From Candidatus Marinacidobacterales bacterium (GTDB lineage: Bacteria; Acidobacteriota; Vicinamibacteria; Marinacidobacterales; DATDRI01), in NCBI GenBank assembly GCA_965219415.1, contig CBDCNP010000002.1, positions 4,128,001 to 4,192,000 on the forward strand: a DNA stretch of 64,000 bases. Reading direction: 5' to 3'. The notes beneath the pieces are model-generated. The model was given only the letters and a program-made list of their open reading frames with translations. It did no database searches and had not been told where the DNA came from. A program made the translations under genes and the position numbers. Positions 30,226 to 43,992 of the stretch are shown piece after piece; the stretch's first letter is position 1, and every line of letters begins with the position of its first letter.

Positions 30226-31452
30226 ATGCTCTGCCATATAGTCCTGCTGAGCCATTTGGCCCTTGTTCCTGCAGTATCCAGGACCCTCGAAGCCAACGAC
30301 GACTGGCCTCAATGGCGCGGTCGACAGCGCGACGGTCTTTCCCGTGATTCGAATCTACTCGACCAGTGGCCGGCCGGCGGACCGGAGCTCGTCTGGAAGG
30401 CCAGCGGGCTCGGCAATGGCTATTCGACTGTGTCGGTCGCGCGAGGCCGCATCTACACTCAGGGAGCCAGAGGTTCCCGCGAGTACGTGATCGCCCTGGA
30501 AGCGATCATGGGACGTGAGGTCTGGGCGAAGCCACATGGGCGGCGCTATCGCAACAGCCGAGGAGACGGACCGCGCGGTGCGCCGACGGTGGACGGCAAC
30601 CGGGTCTACGCACTCAGTGGAAGTGGCGATCTATCGTGCCTCGAAGCGGATACCGGAAAGATCGTCTGGTCGGTGAACCTTCTTGAGACCTTCCGCGGGC
30701 GCAATATCAACTGGGGCATCAGCGAGTCTCCCCTCGTTCTCGAGGACCGTGTCCTCGTCAACGCCGGAGCACGAAATGCCTCGATCGTGGCACTCGACAA
30801 GAGGGATGGCTCCCTACTCTGGAAAACGGCCAGCGACGAGGCAGGGTACTCCTCTGCGGTCCGAGCCAACATCAACGGTGTCGATCAGGCGGTTTTCTTC
30901 ACGGGCCAGCGTGGGGTGGGCGTTCGCATCAGTGATGGGCAAGTGCTCTGGTCATACCAACGCGTCTCCAACCGAACCGCCAACGTTGCCACACCGGTGG
31001 TGCGAGGCAACTACGTTTTCCTGTCTTCCGACTACGGTACGGGCTGTGCCCTGCTCGAGATCTCCGGGGGCGCGGAGCAAATAACAGCCCGTGAGGTCTA
31101 CTTCACCCGTGACATGCGCAACCACCACAGCAGCTCCGTTCTGGTCGGCGATACGCTCTATGGTTTCTCGAGCAGCCGTCTCCACGCTCTGAACTTTTGG
31201 ACGGGCGAGCTGGCGTGGCGTGACCGCAGCATCGGGAAGGGCTCTCTGGTCTTTGCGGACGGGCATTTGTACATCTTCAGCGAGAACGGAGTGGTGGGGC
31301 TCGTAGAGGCGACGCCGGTGGGGTACCGAGAGAAAGGTCGCTTCGAGATCCGAACCTCCAACAAGCCCACGTGGGCGCATCCGGTCGTGGCAAACGGCAC
31401 ACTCTACCTGCGCGACCAGGATACGCTTTACGCCTACGCCATCCGCAAGTGA
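30226..31452 (+). CDS. PQQ-binding-like beta-propeller protein
   Basis: DWPQWRG..RDG, GYSTVSV, TWAHPVVANGTLYLRD. Confidence 0.88.
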   Translation: MLCHIVLLSHLALVPAVSRTLEANDDWPQWRGRQRDGLSRDSNLLDQWPAGGPELVWKASGLGNGYSTVSVARGRIYTQGARGSREYVIALEAIMGREVWAKPHGRRYRNSRGDGPRGAPTVDGNRVYALSGSGDLSCLEADTGKIVWSVNLLETFRGRNINWGISESPLVLEDRVLVNAGARNASIVALDKRDGSLLWKTASDEAGYSSAVRANINGVDQAVFFTGQRGVGVRISDGQVLWSYQRVSNRTANVATPVVRGNYVFLSSDYGTGCALLEISGGAEQITAREVYFTRDMRNHHSSSVLVGDTLYGFSSSRLHALNFWTGELAWRDRSIGKGSLVFADGHLYIFSENGVVGLVEATPVGYREKGRFEIRTSNKPTWAHPVVANGTLYLRDQDTLYAYAIRK

Positions 31453-31475
31453 CTTGCTGGCACGGGTCGATATTC

Positions 31476-31688
31476 CTAAAGGTCGGTGGTCTCCATCATC
31501 ATCACACTCGACGCGCTGCTTGAGTCTGATCCGCTCGGAACGGCTGCGGGACTCCGCACCAGGTTACACCTCTGGCCCCTGAGTAGAGCCGACGCCGGCT
31601 CTTAAAACGTCCTACATGAAGACGACCAAAGCATCCTGGTTGCAGGCAGTTCGCCAATCTCATACAGATCGAGTTTATGGAAGGGACC
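31476..31688 (+). mobile_element. element B right-end fragment
   Basis: KVGGLHHHHTRRAA* followed by the 3' region to ttatggaagggac. Confidence 0.8.
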
Positions 31689-31837
31689 ATCGGTAATCGT
31701 GATGGAGTGCACCAGGGATCGGCCTCGAGGCAACGGTGCACTAGGCAGCGTTTTGGTCTACCCGGATCGTCTCCGATCACCCCGGGCTGCGGCGCCTCGG
31801 CCGCTGAGTTCACGGGGTGAGACAAGGAAGGCTAGCC

Positions 31838-32833
31838 ATGAAAATGGTTGTGACGGTATCTCTGTTGTTTCTTCTCGTTGCTGATGCGTTGATTGCCCAA
31901 GCTCAATCCAAAGGGGACGAGACGGACCCCTTCGTGGGGGCAACCATCATCGGTGAGAAGCAAGTGACCGCAGAGATCAGAGTTACCGACATTCCCGAGG
32001 ATCTCGCTCCGTTCAAGGAGGGTGGTTTTTCCAAGTACGTGAGTGTGTTCGGCGTGCACATCTTTGCCACGCCCGACGCACGAGACGAGAAGTTGCTACA
32101 TGCGGCCAAGGTCATGGCCGAGTACTTAGATAACGACTCCGACGGTGTGCCAGAAAACATGCTGGTGCTAAGCCATCTGGTAAGCCGCAACTCGTTCATC
32201 GTGTTTCCGAAAACGCCGGAAGAGCTGGAGAACATGGATCACGATGCCTGGCGGAGCGCGGGATTCAACGCCGGGCAGTTGCTTTGGGACGAAGAAACGC
32301 ACCCCGGATTCATGACCGACGGCGTGGTCAATCGGGAGGTCGAGCAGGACGCAGCCCTCGAAGAAATCTGGCACCTTCTTTGCGATGCCGGTTGGTCGCC
32401 GGCCTACCCTGAAGCTTTTGCTCCGGAACCTGGGAGCGCGCTCGCCAACTGCATGGACAAGGCGCGCGGTGGGCGCTTCATGGAAATACCTACCGGGGGA
32501 CCTAAGGCGGGATATCCCGAAGAGGCCTGGTATCACTACGACGACGAGACCTGTGATTACGGCTGTATGGCGGTCGAGTACATGTATTGGGGCACCACGT
32601 CCATCCTCGGAGCGCAGGAGTTCAACTCCGCCAACCGTCCCGAGAGCGGTGAAGGCCCGAGTCAAGAGTGGGGGGCCTATACGCCGGAGTTGATGCGCAC
32701 GGTGGACCCATGTCTCTACGGATTGCTCACCGATCCCAGGTACATGATCGCGACCAAGGCTCCCGAGGGGCGCTACACGCCGTCCGCGACGCCGACTATA
32801 ATCGTCCCGCTCATCGCGGTGGACGAACGATAG
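31838..32833 (+). CDS. secreted hypothetical protein, possible zincin-like peptidase
   Basis: Signal peptide, acidic, DAALEEIWHL, CDYGCM.VEY.YW. Confidence 0.65.
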   Translation: MKMVVTVSLLFLLVADALIAQAQSKGDETDPFVGATIIGEKQVTAEIRVTDIPEDLAPFKEGGFSKYVSVFGVHIFATPDARDEKLLHAAKVMAEYLDNDSDGVPENMLVLSHLVSRNSFIVFPKTPEELENMDHDAWRSAGFNAGQLLWDEETHPGFMTDGVVNREVEQDAALEEIWHLLCDAGWSPAYPEAFAPEPGSALANCMDKARGGRFMEIPTGGPKAGYPEEAWYHYDDETCDYGCMAVEYMYWGTTSILGAQEFNSANRPESGEGPSQEWGAYTPELMRTVDPCLYGLLTDPRYMIATKAPEGRYTPSATPTIIVPLIAVDER

Positions 32834-32847
32834 ATAGGGGAATCGAG

Positions 32848-34188
32848 ATGTACAAATCCATATGCGTTGTCTTGCTGTGCCTCGTAGCCTCCAGCTCGAG
32901 CCTGTCGTTGCTGGTCCGCGCATCGACGATCGACGATGCACGCTCGCTTTGGGAGATCTCATGCATGATCCGCAAGGATAAATTCGACTACGTGCTTCCC
33001 ACCGCCATGCGCCGCAACCGCATCGACATGTGGATCGTGCTGGATCGTGGTCGCGGCACCGAACCGATGGCGCGTGACTTCGGCATCGATACCGTCAACG
33101 GCCAAGGGATCTACATTTTCTTCGACCCAGGTGAAGGGCGTGTGGAGCGCATCCAGCTGGGACCGGAGACGGATATGGCGGAAGACTGTGGCGCGTACGA
33201 CTCGTTCGGGAGAAGCACGGAGCTTCGCTCCATCGTCGAAGAGCGCGATCCCAAAACGATCGCTTTGAACTTTCTCGCCGTGCCCAATACGCGTGAGGGT
33301 ATTCACGTTGCCGACGGACTGTCTCACACCGACTACCAGTTCCTTGAGAACGAGCTAGGCGAAAAGTACGCCTCCCGCTTCACCTCGGCACAGCATCTCA
33401 TCGCGGACTATCACGGGGAGCGCGTCGCGGGTGAGATCATCGAGTTCTCCAAGATTGGAGATCTCACCCGTAGGGGCATCGAGCGCGCGCTTAGTAATGA
33501 AGTGATCACGCCGGGGCAGACGACTCTACAGGACGTTTCCTTGTGGTTGGAGGAGCGGCGGGAGGAATGGGGGCTCCAAAGAGCTTGGTATCCGTCGGTC
33601 TGGCTTAGCCGCCCGGGCGGTTCGAGGGCGCGATCGGTGTACGAGGTTATTCGACGAGGCGATATCGTGCAGATCGATTGGGGAGGAGTGCGCAATAACT
33701 TCGGCACTGACATCAAGCGCTTTGCCTACGTCCTGAAAGAAGAGGAGAGCGAGGCGCCCCACGACGTCGTCGCCGCCTTCGAAGAAGCAAGAAAGGTAGC
33801 GGAGATCATTCGCAAGAACGTCCGGTCGGGACGCACCGGTAGAGAGCAGCTGGACGAGCTCAAGCAAATCATTCGGGACGCCGGTTATGTCTACACCGAG
33901 GTGGAGCGTCCCAGCGACGTGCCCGGTATCGAGGTCAACGTCGGTATGCATGCCGCAGGCAACATCGGCCATGATGTGTCGGCTGGTCTCTTCGAGATTT
34001 TCCCGGAGCGGACCAAATACGAAGTTCGCCCCAACACTATCATTTCGCTGGAATATCGGATCTTCCGGCCAGCCAAGGAATGGGGAGGAGCGAAGATAGG
34101 CGTCAATGTCGAGGAAAACGCACTCATCACCGAGCGCGGTATCGAATGGTTGTACCCGCCTCAGGAGAAAGTTCTCCTCATCCGTTGA
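32848..34188 (+). CDS. M24 family metallopeptidase
   Basis: IRRGDIVQIDWG..TDIKR, H..G..GH, ISLE, VEE..ITE.G. Confidence 0.82.
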   Translation: MYKSICVVLLCLVASSSSLSLLVRASTIDDARSLWEISCMIRKDKFDYVLPTAMRRNRIDMWIVLDRGRGTEPMARDFGIDTVNGQGIYIFFDPGEGRVERIQLGPETDMAEDCGAYDSFGRSTELRSIVEERDPKTIALNFLAVPNTREGIHVADGLSHTDYQFLENELGEKYASRFTSAQHLIADYHGERVAGEIIEFSKIGDLTRRGIERALSNEVITPGQTTLQDVSLWLEERREEWGLQRAWYPSVWLSRPGGSRARSVYEVIRRGDIVQIDWGGVRNNFGTDIKRFAYVLKEEESEAPHDVVAAFEEARKVAEIIRKNVRSGRTGREQLDELKQIIRDAGYVYTEVERPSDVPGIEVNVGMHAAGNIGHDVSAGLFEIFPERTKYEVRPNTIISLEYRIFRPAKEWGGAKIGVNVEENALITERGIEWLYPPQEKVLLIR

Positions 34189-34378
34189 CGGCGTACACCG
34201 GCATTGGATTCCGAGTTCAGCGATAAGCCGGGCAGTTAGCGATGCGCTCTTCGATCTCCGCTGCGATGTGCTGGTATTCCGAACCGCCGACACCTCCGAA
34301 GCGCTCGTGAAGCTCGGCTTCCGGGATACCTTCCGGTAGATCGGAGGCCCCCGGGAAGAAGTCGTCCACGCGGAAGCC

Positions 34379-34518
34379 CGTCGTGTCCGAAAACCCGAAC
34401 GGAGCCCGAAAGTTCGAATCCTAGAGGCGTTCTCGAAATTCGCAGAGACCAGCCGACGCGGCCCTTGGTCTGCGATAGGCGCTCTCGAGGGTGCTTCCGC
34501 CATCAAGTGTTGCTACGC
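34379..34518 (+). repeat. end F variant followed by an IS1 (C) end
   Basis: cgtcgtgtccgaaaa; ggtgcttccgccatcaagtgttgctacgc at 34490. Confidence 0.65.
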
Positions 34519-34620
34519 CGTCCTGTGCCAAAACTCGGCCCTTTTGAAAGACCATGGCTGTAATTTAATGCACTGTAAAGTCTTAGTGTCATTTTGCCAA
34601 CACTTAATGGCGGAAGCACC
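34519..34620. repeat. chimeric linker A + C1 end
   Basis: Inverted copy at 45695-45796 with the same junction ttgaaagaccatggctg. Confidence 0.88.
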
Positions 34621-34724
34621 GCTGGAAACGGACTTACGGTGCGGCTAGTGAGGCACTCCCATATGAAACGGGGAGAAACAGATAGGCCGCGCCTACGGAG
34701 CACCGCGCCAGCCCTCGACCCTAC
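34621..34724 (+). mobile_element. group II intron 3' end (domain VI only)
   Basis: gctggaaacgg...ccctcgaccctac. Confidence 0.65.
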
Positions 34725-34726
34725 CG

Positions 34727-34799
34727 CCGGTCGCAAACACAGACACTAAGCTGCTGATTTATGGCCTATTTCAAAAGGGCCGAGTTTTGGCACAGGACG
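34727..34799 (-). repeat. end A copy
   Basis: Ends ttttggcacaggacg. Confidence 0.85.
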
Positions 34800-34950
34800 C
34801 GACGCGCAACGCCCCTCTCATTCTGCCCGTCGCACGACCAAGAAGCCCCCACGAGACCAGCTCAGGGCTGGTGCCTAGAAGTCGATTAGGCGGGAACCTC
34901 GCCCGGCTCTGTATCCCCAAGGACAGTGAAAGAATCGGCCGTGATGGCAG

Positions 34951-37749
<2,799 letters not shown>

Positions 37750-37921
37750 GTGAAGAAGCTCCCTTTCGCTGAATTGACTGCTGTACTAATGGTCATGGGA
37801 ACTTCTAAAAGTGTACCAATTTTAGTGGCGTTGTTGCACCGCTCTTGGCTGAGAGCGAGGCAAGCCTGCGCTGATCGTCGTCAGAGAGCCTGAGTCGCTT
37901 GCCCCGAAGCCCGGCTCGGAG

Positions 37922-38087
37922 GGTGCTTGCGCTGTTTACTGTTGGTAATGTGTACGCATCCCTTTGCAAAAAAGGCGCTTACGCTCCATTTAGCTCGCAG
38001 CGAAGGTCACGAGCGCTATTTTAGCTGTAATTTGATGCACTGTAAAGTCTTAGCGTCATCTCACCAACACTTAATGGCGGAAGCACC
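37922..38087. mobile_element. IS1-derived MITE C1
   Basis: Copy of 21333-21498. Confidence 0.85.
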
Positions 38088-38389
38088 GCGCTTTCATCGC
38101 CTGGCACGGGGTAACGTGTGCCTGACGAAATCTCGAAGCGCAACAGCCAACCGGGACCAGTCTGGCTACAATGACGCCAACTTGACGGTACCGTTGCTTG
38201 GCATGTCCTTATCACCGTGCTGTCCCTACCACCCCGCCAGAGGGATGTGCCTCATCAGATAGTCTGGCTACACATCCTGTTGCCTTAATATATCTAATTC
38301 TGTAAGTTATTTACAATAATAGTTTTCTACTACATCGACATAATTTAAATTAGTCATCATCACAAGTCACAGGCCCTGACGACGCATCC

Positions 38390-38567
38390 CGTCCTGTGCC
38401 AAAACTCGGCCCTTTTGAAATAGCCCATAAATCAGCAACTTAGTGTCTGTGTTTGCGGCCGTGCCAAGGGCCGAGCGCGAACAAACGACGAGATCATGCA
38501 GGCATGGTCCCGGGAGACCGGAGACCGATCAAGTTCGGGGCGCGCGGATGAATAAATAGAAGGCACA
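38390..38567. repeat. chimeric linker A + B
   Basis: Second copy at 54359-54536 with the same junction gggccg|agcgcgaac. Confidence 0.88.
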
Positions 38568-39943
38568 GCGCCTTGTTTCGGAACGCCTTCGTCACCACTC
38601 CTCTGTGTTCGCCGTCGCGGGCGAGTTTCTTGACCGGACAATACGCCCGGGCACATGGCGTCTCGACAAACGCGAGCGCGCTCAGCCCACTCGTCGCTAC
38701 GTCCCCGAGTCTTCTTGAGAATGGAGGTTACGACACGGCCTTCATCGGGAAATGGCACATGGGAAACGACGATACGCCTAGACCGGGTTTCACGCATTGG
38801 GTGAGCTTCCGTGGACAGGGCTCGTACCGGGACCCCGAACTGAACATCAATGGCGAGCACGTGCCGACGCTGGGCTATTTGACGGACGTGCTCAACCATT
38901 ACGCAGTAGACTTCGTTCGCACTGCTGCGCGAGGGTTCCGGCCGTTTCTACTCTACCTTTCCCACAAGGCAGTCCACGGGCCGCTGGATCCACCCGACCG
39001 GCACACGGACCTGTACCGTGGCGCACCGGTTCCCTGCTCGCCCGGGTGCCAGGATACGCTAAAGGGCAAGCCAGCCCTGACGCTGACCAAGCCCCCGAGT
39101 CCCGGAGACGGACTCTCTGATGAAGCTATCCGCAAAAAATTGAGACTTCTGAAGTCGGTCGACGAGGGTGTGGGACGGATTCTCAGGACGCTGGCGCAGG
39201 AAGGAGTCCTAGACCAAACAGCCGTCATTCTCACGAGCGACAACGGGTTCTTCTTGCGGGAGCACGGTCTGCGTGACAAGCGCTGGGCATACGAGGAAGC
39301 GATCCGCATTCCACTCCTCGTGCGTTACCCTCCGCTCACACGTCCAGGGGCGAGAATCGACCAGATCGTCCTGAACGTGGACTTGGCCCCTACGCTGCTT
39401 GAACTTGGGGGTGTGCCCGTTCCTGCCGAGGTGCACGGTCGTTCGTTTTTGCCGCTCCTGAAAGGAAAGAAGGAAGGGTGGAGGGACATGTTCGCGGCCG
39501 AGTATTTCAGAGAGAGCCGTTTCCCACGCACCCCTACATGGGAAGCGCTCCGAACGGAGCGCTGGAAATACATTCGATACCCTGAGTTGGGTATGGAATA
39601 CGATGAACTCTACAATCTACGGAGCGATCCCTACGAACTCCGGAACGTGGTGAACGATATGAGATTGACAGACCTGCTGGAAAGACTTCGGAAAAGGCTG
39701 ACTCGGCTTCTAACATTTCCTCCGCGTGCTGCCTTCGACGATTCAGCCCTCAGCAGCAGCTCACCGGTGCTTCTGCTATCAAGTGTTGCACTGACGGCTT
39801 CGACTACTCTACTCGCTGAAAGTTCTGGCCATGGCCAAGACCGCTGTGAGGCCGTCTCCGGTTGTACTCTCGTGTCTCGAGTTGGTCGTGAGGTCAAAAT
39901 ATTCATGCGGCTTCCCGATGGTAGAAACGTAGCAACCCCGTGA
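38568..39943 (+). pseudogene. sulfatase, N-terminally truncated at end B
   Basis: LCSPSRASFLTG, GKWH, TSDNG, ELYNL.SDP.E; no N-terminal NI..DD motif; tail after ~39720 looks unrelated. Confidence 0.8.
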
Positions 39944-40026
39944 GGTATCAGCCCTTGTCAGCACCGAACGACTGAGATACAACGTGGTACTAACCATGGG
40001 GTCAGGTCACCTTTCACGGACAGGAG

Positions 40027-41226
40027 GGTGCTTCCGCCATCAAGTGTTGCTACGCGGCCGCGGGCAGTGGTACAGGTGCGGAAGAGAGCGGGTTGCGCGC
40101 CCCAGTGAGCACGAAAACCTCGATCCGCGACCACAAAGGAATCGTCGTCACCAAGAAGATGTCTCGAAAGGTGAGCCGTCGCGTGGTCAGACCGGCCTGC
40201 ATAGCCGGAGTTCGGATCTCACGTCCGAACTTCAGAGCTCCGTGCGGTCGGACGAAGTTGTAATAGCAACGGAGCAACTCCAGGTGCTCATTGAGCCTCT
40301 CCGTCGAGCGAGCGTGAGAAAGTATTCGTCTCGAAAGGTATGCCGAGCTTTGCCGGATGGTCAGATTCAACCGCTCGATGAACGACGTGTTCAATGTCGA
40401 GGAGTCCTCGGAGTTATTGAGCGCGTCTTCAAATCGCCACGCGGCTCCGTGCAGCGCTCTCCGTTCGACCTTGATGATGCGATCGTTCCTGCGCGTTTTT
40501 AGGACCTGGCCGTAGAGACACGCTGGACCGAAGAAGCGACGGATGACTTTCTGGTAGAATTCGAATCCATCCGTGACGATCAGGGGAAGACGTCCGAAAT
40601 TCATCCGTCTCGAAAGGTCGCAAAACAGAGCGTGAGTGTTCCGGTAGCTTCGCCTTCCCGTCACCGTCGATGGCCAGAGCCGAGACCAGACTTCGATTGT
40701 AACGAAGACCCAACTCGGTGTCTTCTTGTTGCCCGCGAACGTGCGAATCTCGTCGGCTTGAAGCTCTTCGGCAGCGAAGCCAGCGATCCTTCTGTGATTG
40801 AATCGACGACACACTTGGGCTGCCTTCTCGAGCCAGCGGGCGACGGTGTTCCAGGCAATCCCTTTGATCCGGGAAATCGAGGAAATGCTGACACCCTCGA
40901 CTCTGAGAGCGATGACCCCATCGAAAGTAGCTCTTCGATGTTGGAGACGGTAGTAGGGCTTGCCTTTCGTCGAAGAGAACGTCTTTCCGCACTCGCCGCA
41001 CCGGTATCGACGGCGTTTCCCGGACCTCGTTCTGTAGAATCCGTTGTGAATAATACTTCTGGAACCGACTTTTCCATACGACGGACATGCGGGATTGAGA
41101 CATCTGCGATTCTTCACTTCGGCTCGGCCCTGACGATGAGAGAACTGTGTCTTCAGAATTCTGGTTCAAACTCTAGCACGCGAACGGGTTACGCGGCAGC
41201 CACCAACACTTCATGGCGGAAGCACC
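40027..41226 (-). mobile_element. IS1-family element, complete single ORF (40050..41117)
   Basis: TIRs ggtgcttccgccat; zinc ribbon, HTH, DE..TF.G.KK, TDG, IERLNLTIR; no TSD. Confidence 0.88.
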
Positions 41227-41254
41227 AAGGAACGTCTTCATAAGTTGTTCTCCG

Positions 41255-41460
41255 CTATTGGTTGGCTGTTAGTTCAACGTACCGCGCAAGGCGAGATAGC
41301 TCCTGGTCGTCGACATACTTGCCGATCTCTCGCCGGAACTGCTCCATGCTGCGGTAAGGCCGGTACTCCATGAACTCGTGTAGCATGCGTTTTCCAACGC
41401 CTGGGATACTGAGGATGTCGTCTTCGGACGCTTTGTTGAGATCGATGGGGACGAACACGT
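41255..41460 (-). pseudogene. helix-hairpin-helix protein C-terminal fragment
   Basis: IDLNKAS..IL.IPGVG..EYRPY; cut by end B. Confidence 0.7.
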
Positions 41461-41579
41461 TGTGCCTTCTATTTATTCATCCGCCAGCCCCATGGGTCGG
41501 AAGTCAGCCCTGCGGCGCGAAATACCCTGGATTCTGCGCGGATTCCAAGGGCGTCTAAGCTGCTGATTTGTGGTCTATT
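41461..41579. repeat. A-B' linker, A side truncated by a MITE
   Basis: Matches 56683 onward. Confidence 0.8.
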
Positions 41580-41820
41580 GGTGCTTCCGCAATCAAGTGT
41601 TGCTACGCCGTGTTTGAATGCTAGTGTCAGCTGGCCTGCCTGTGTCGGCGAACGCCATTAATGATGTCGGCGCGCACACGAAGGTGTCCCTGAACGTCAG
41701 GCACCGTGTGGTCAGCCCAACCCGCATCGCCGAAAGAACTGCGTCTCTCGAAATCAGGCTTAAACTCTAGCACACGAGCGGGTTACGCGGCAGCCACCAA
41801 CACTTAATTGCGGAAACACC
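41580..41820. mobile_element. IS1-derived MITE C2 (~240 bp)
   Basis: Shares both ends with the IS1 at 40027; copies at 43973-45664 and 49878-50121. Confidence 0.85.
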
Positions 41821-42773
41821 AGCGCGGCAGTGTCGGGGACCGCCTTCAGCAAGGCCTGCATCAGCATGACGTCCACCATCGAGGTCTCGTCAACGACCAG
41901 CAGGCCGCAATCGAGAGGGTTGTTGCCGTTGCGCTTGAACCCACCGCCCTTGGGATCGACTTCGAGTAGCCGGTGGATCGTTTTCGCCTCGAACCCGGTG
42001 GCCTCGGTCATCCGCTTGGCGGCGCGGCCGGTTGGGGCGCAGAGCAGCAGGGTCACGCCCTTGGCGGCCAGGATGCGCAGGATGGCGTTGACGATGGTCG
42101 TTTTGCCCACGCCCGGCCCGCCGGTGATGACCAATGCCTTGGAGGTCAGGGCTAGGCGAACCGCCTCGGCCTGGCTTGCCGCCAGCGACAGACCGGTCTT
42201 CCCCTCGACCCAGGGTAGCGCCTCGCCGGCATCGATATCCGGCCAAGGAAGCTTGCCGCCCGTAATCCGGAGAACCCTCTCGGCGATCACCCGTTCGGCA
42301 CGGTAGAGGCCGCCAAGGAATATACAGGGAGTTCCGGCAACCGCCGCAGCGACGACGGTGCCTTCTGCCAGTTCGAGGTCCAGCGCGTCTTGAACCAACT
42401 CCTTTGACACTTCCAGCAATTCGACGGCGAGCGGTGAAAGCTTTTCGGCAGGAAGGCCGCAATGACCGTCATCCATCGCCTCGGTGAGCGCATGGGAAAT
42501 CCCCGCGCGAACCCGGATCATGGCTGTTTTCTCGATGCCGAGCTTCATGGCGATCGTGTCGGCGGTCTTGAACCCGATGCCGCGAATATCTCGTGCAAGG
42601 CGGTACGGGTTCTCGGTCATGACCTGAACGGCATCCACGCCGTAGGTCTTGTAGATCCACACCGCGCGCGCCGTGCCGATGCCATGGCTGTGCAGGAACA
42701 CCATGATCTCGCGAACGATCTTCTGTTCCGCCCAGGCGTCGGTGATGCGTTTGGCACGCACACGGCCGATGCC
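41821..42773 (-). pseudogene. recD2: RecD2-like helicase internal fragment
   Basis: NPYRLA.DI.GIGF, ITGGPGVGKT, APTGRAAKR, VVDETSM; both ends cut at linkers. Confidence 0.88.
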
Positions 42774-42921
42774 CGTCCTGTGCCAAAGCTCGGCCCTTTT
42801 GAAATAGACCACAAATCAGCAGCTTAGACGCCCTTGGAATCCGCGCAGAATCCAGGGTATTTCGCGCCGCAGGGCTGACTTCCGACCCATTGGGCTGGCG
42901 GATGAATAAATAGAAGGCACA
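42774..42921. repeat. chimeric linker A + B'
   Basis: Inverted full copy at 56683-56829. Confidence 0.88.
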
Positions 42922-43917
42922 ACTCCAAGACCGGCGCATATAATCGTAAATGTCTGGAGGAAACTGCTTCCGGAAGCGAGGGTGATCCAGAATCTCTGGA
43001 AAATCCAGGACACGGACGTAGGACTGGCGCATCTCCATCGTAGAGACGAAGTAGGGACCGCGGAGAATGTTCGACGAGGGACCCAGGGCCACCGGCTTCG
43101 CACCCCGTACGAGTAGCCTCATGTCCTCGTCGCTGTACTCGGATAATGGACTGGCTGCGAAGACAACGTGCAGTCTGTCAACACCGGCCCGAACCGCGGT
43201 GCGCATGGCGCTCACGTGCCGCGCCTCGGCGTCCACTCCAATGCCAGCCCGATGGGCGGCATCCACCAGCGCCTCCAACACCGGCAGTTTCCAAAATCCC
43301 CCGATTTGGATCTGATCGATGTTTGATGCGATGAGCTGTTCCGCGGCCTCGCGCGCCGCTTGTGGAGTCGTCAACCGATAGAAGTTCGAAACGCCGTCCG
43401 CGGCACGATCGCGTTCGGGGTGATTCTCGATGCTTCGCCCTGTCAGGTAGAGACGAGGACCGAGTCTCTTCCCCGATTCGATCGCCTCGCGAAGCTGCTT
43501 CTGTTCCTCGAGTGGACCGCTCGCATTCCGGAAGCTTGTGACACCGGCCATCAGATTGAGCTCCGCTACGATGGCCATGATCTCCGTCTTCCGATCCGCG
43601 AAGTGGGAAACGAACTCGCCAGGGTTCCCGGCTCCTATGTGAAGGAGATGACCGTGCGACTCCCAGAGTCCGGGCATGACCGTCATGCCATTGGTGTCGA
43701 TGACCCGCGCGCCAGAAGGAATGGCTATCGCTCCGACCCGACCGATTGCGTCGATTCGACTGCCCTTCACCAAGACGACGGCGTTGTCGAGAGGTGGACC
43801 TCCGTACCCGTCGACGAGCCTCCCCCCGGCTAGGGCAAGGGTTTCCGAGCGGGCATCTGCTGATGTGGTAAGCACACAAACGATAAGAACCGAGGCCGCC
43901 GATGTCGAGCGGATCAT
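42922..43917 (-). pseudogene. amidohydrolase, C-terminally truncated at end B
   Basis: Signal peptide, GMTVMPGLWESHGH; ORF reads through the linker. Confidence 0.78.
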
Positions 43918-43992
43918 CGGGTCACACTCGCTCCATTATCGTCACCACGCCCTGACCACCACCGATGCAGAGGGTGCTTCCGCCATCAAGTG

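Noticed and set aside
37927-38262. Recurring small ORFs such as MRCLLLVMCTHPF and LFQKGRVLAQD
   Set aside because: Translations of non-coding MITE or IS-end sequence; frames are not conserved among copies
38280-38360. AT-rich patch as a replication origin or attI
   Set aside because: No iterons, DnaA boxes, rep gene or integrase seen
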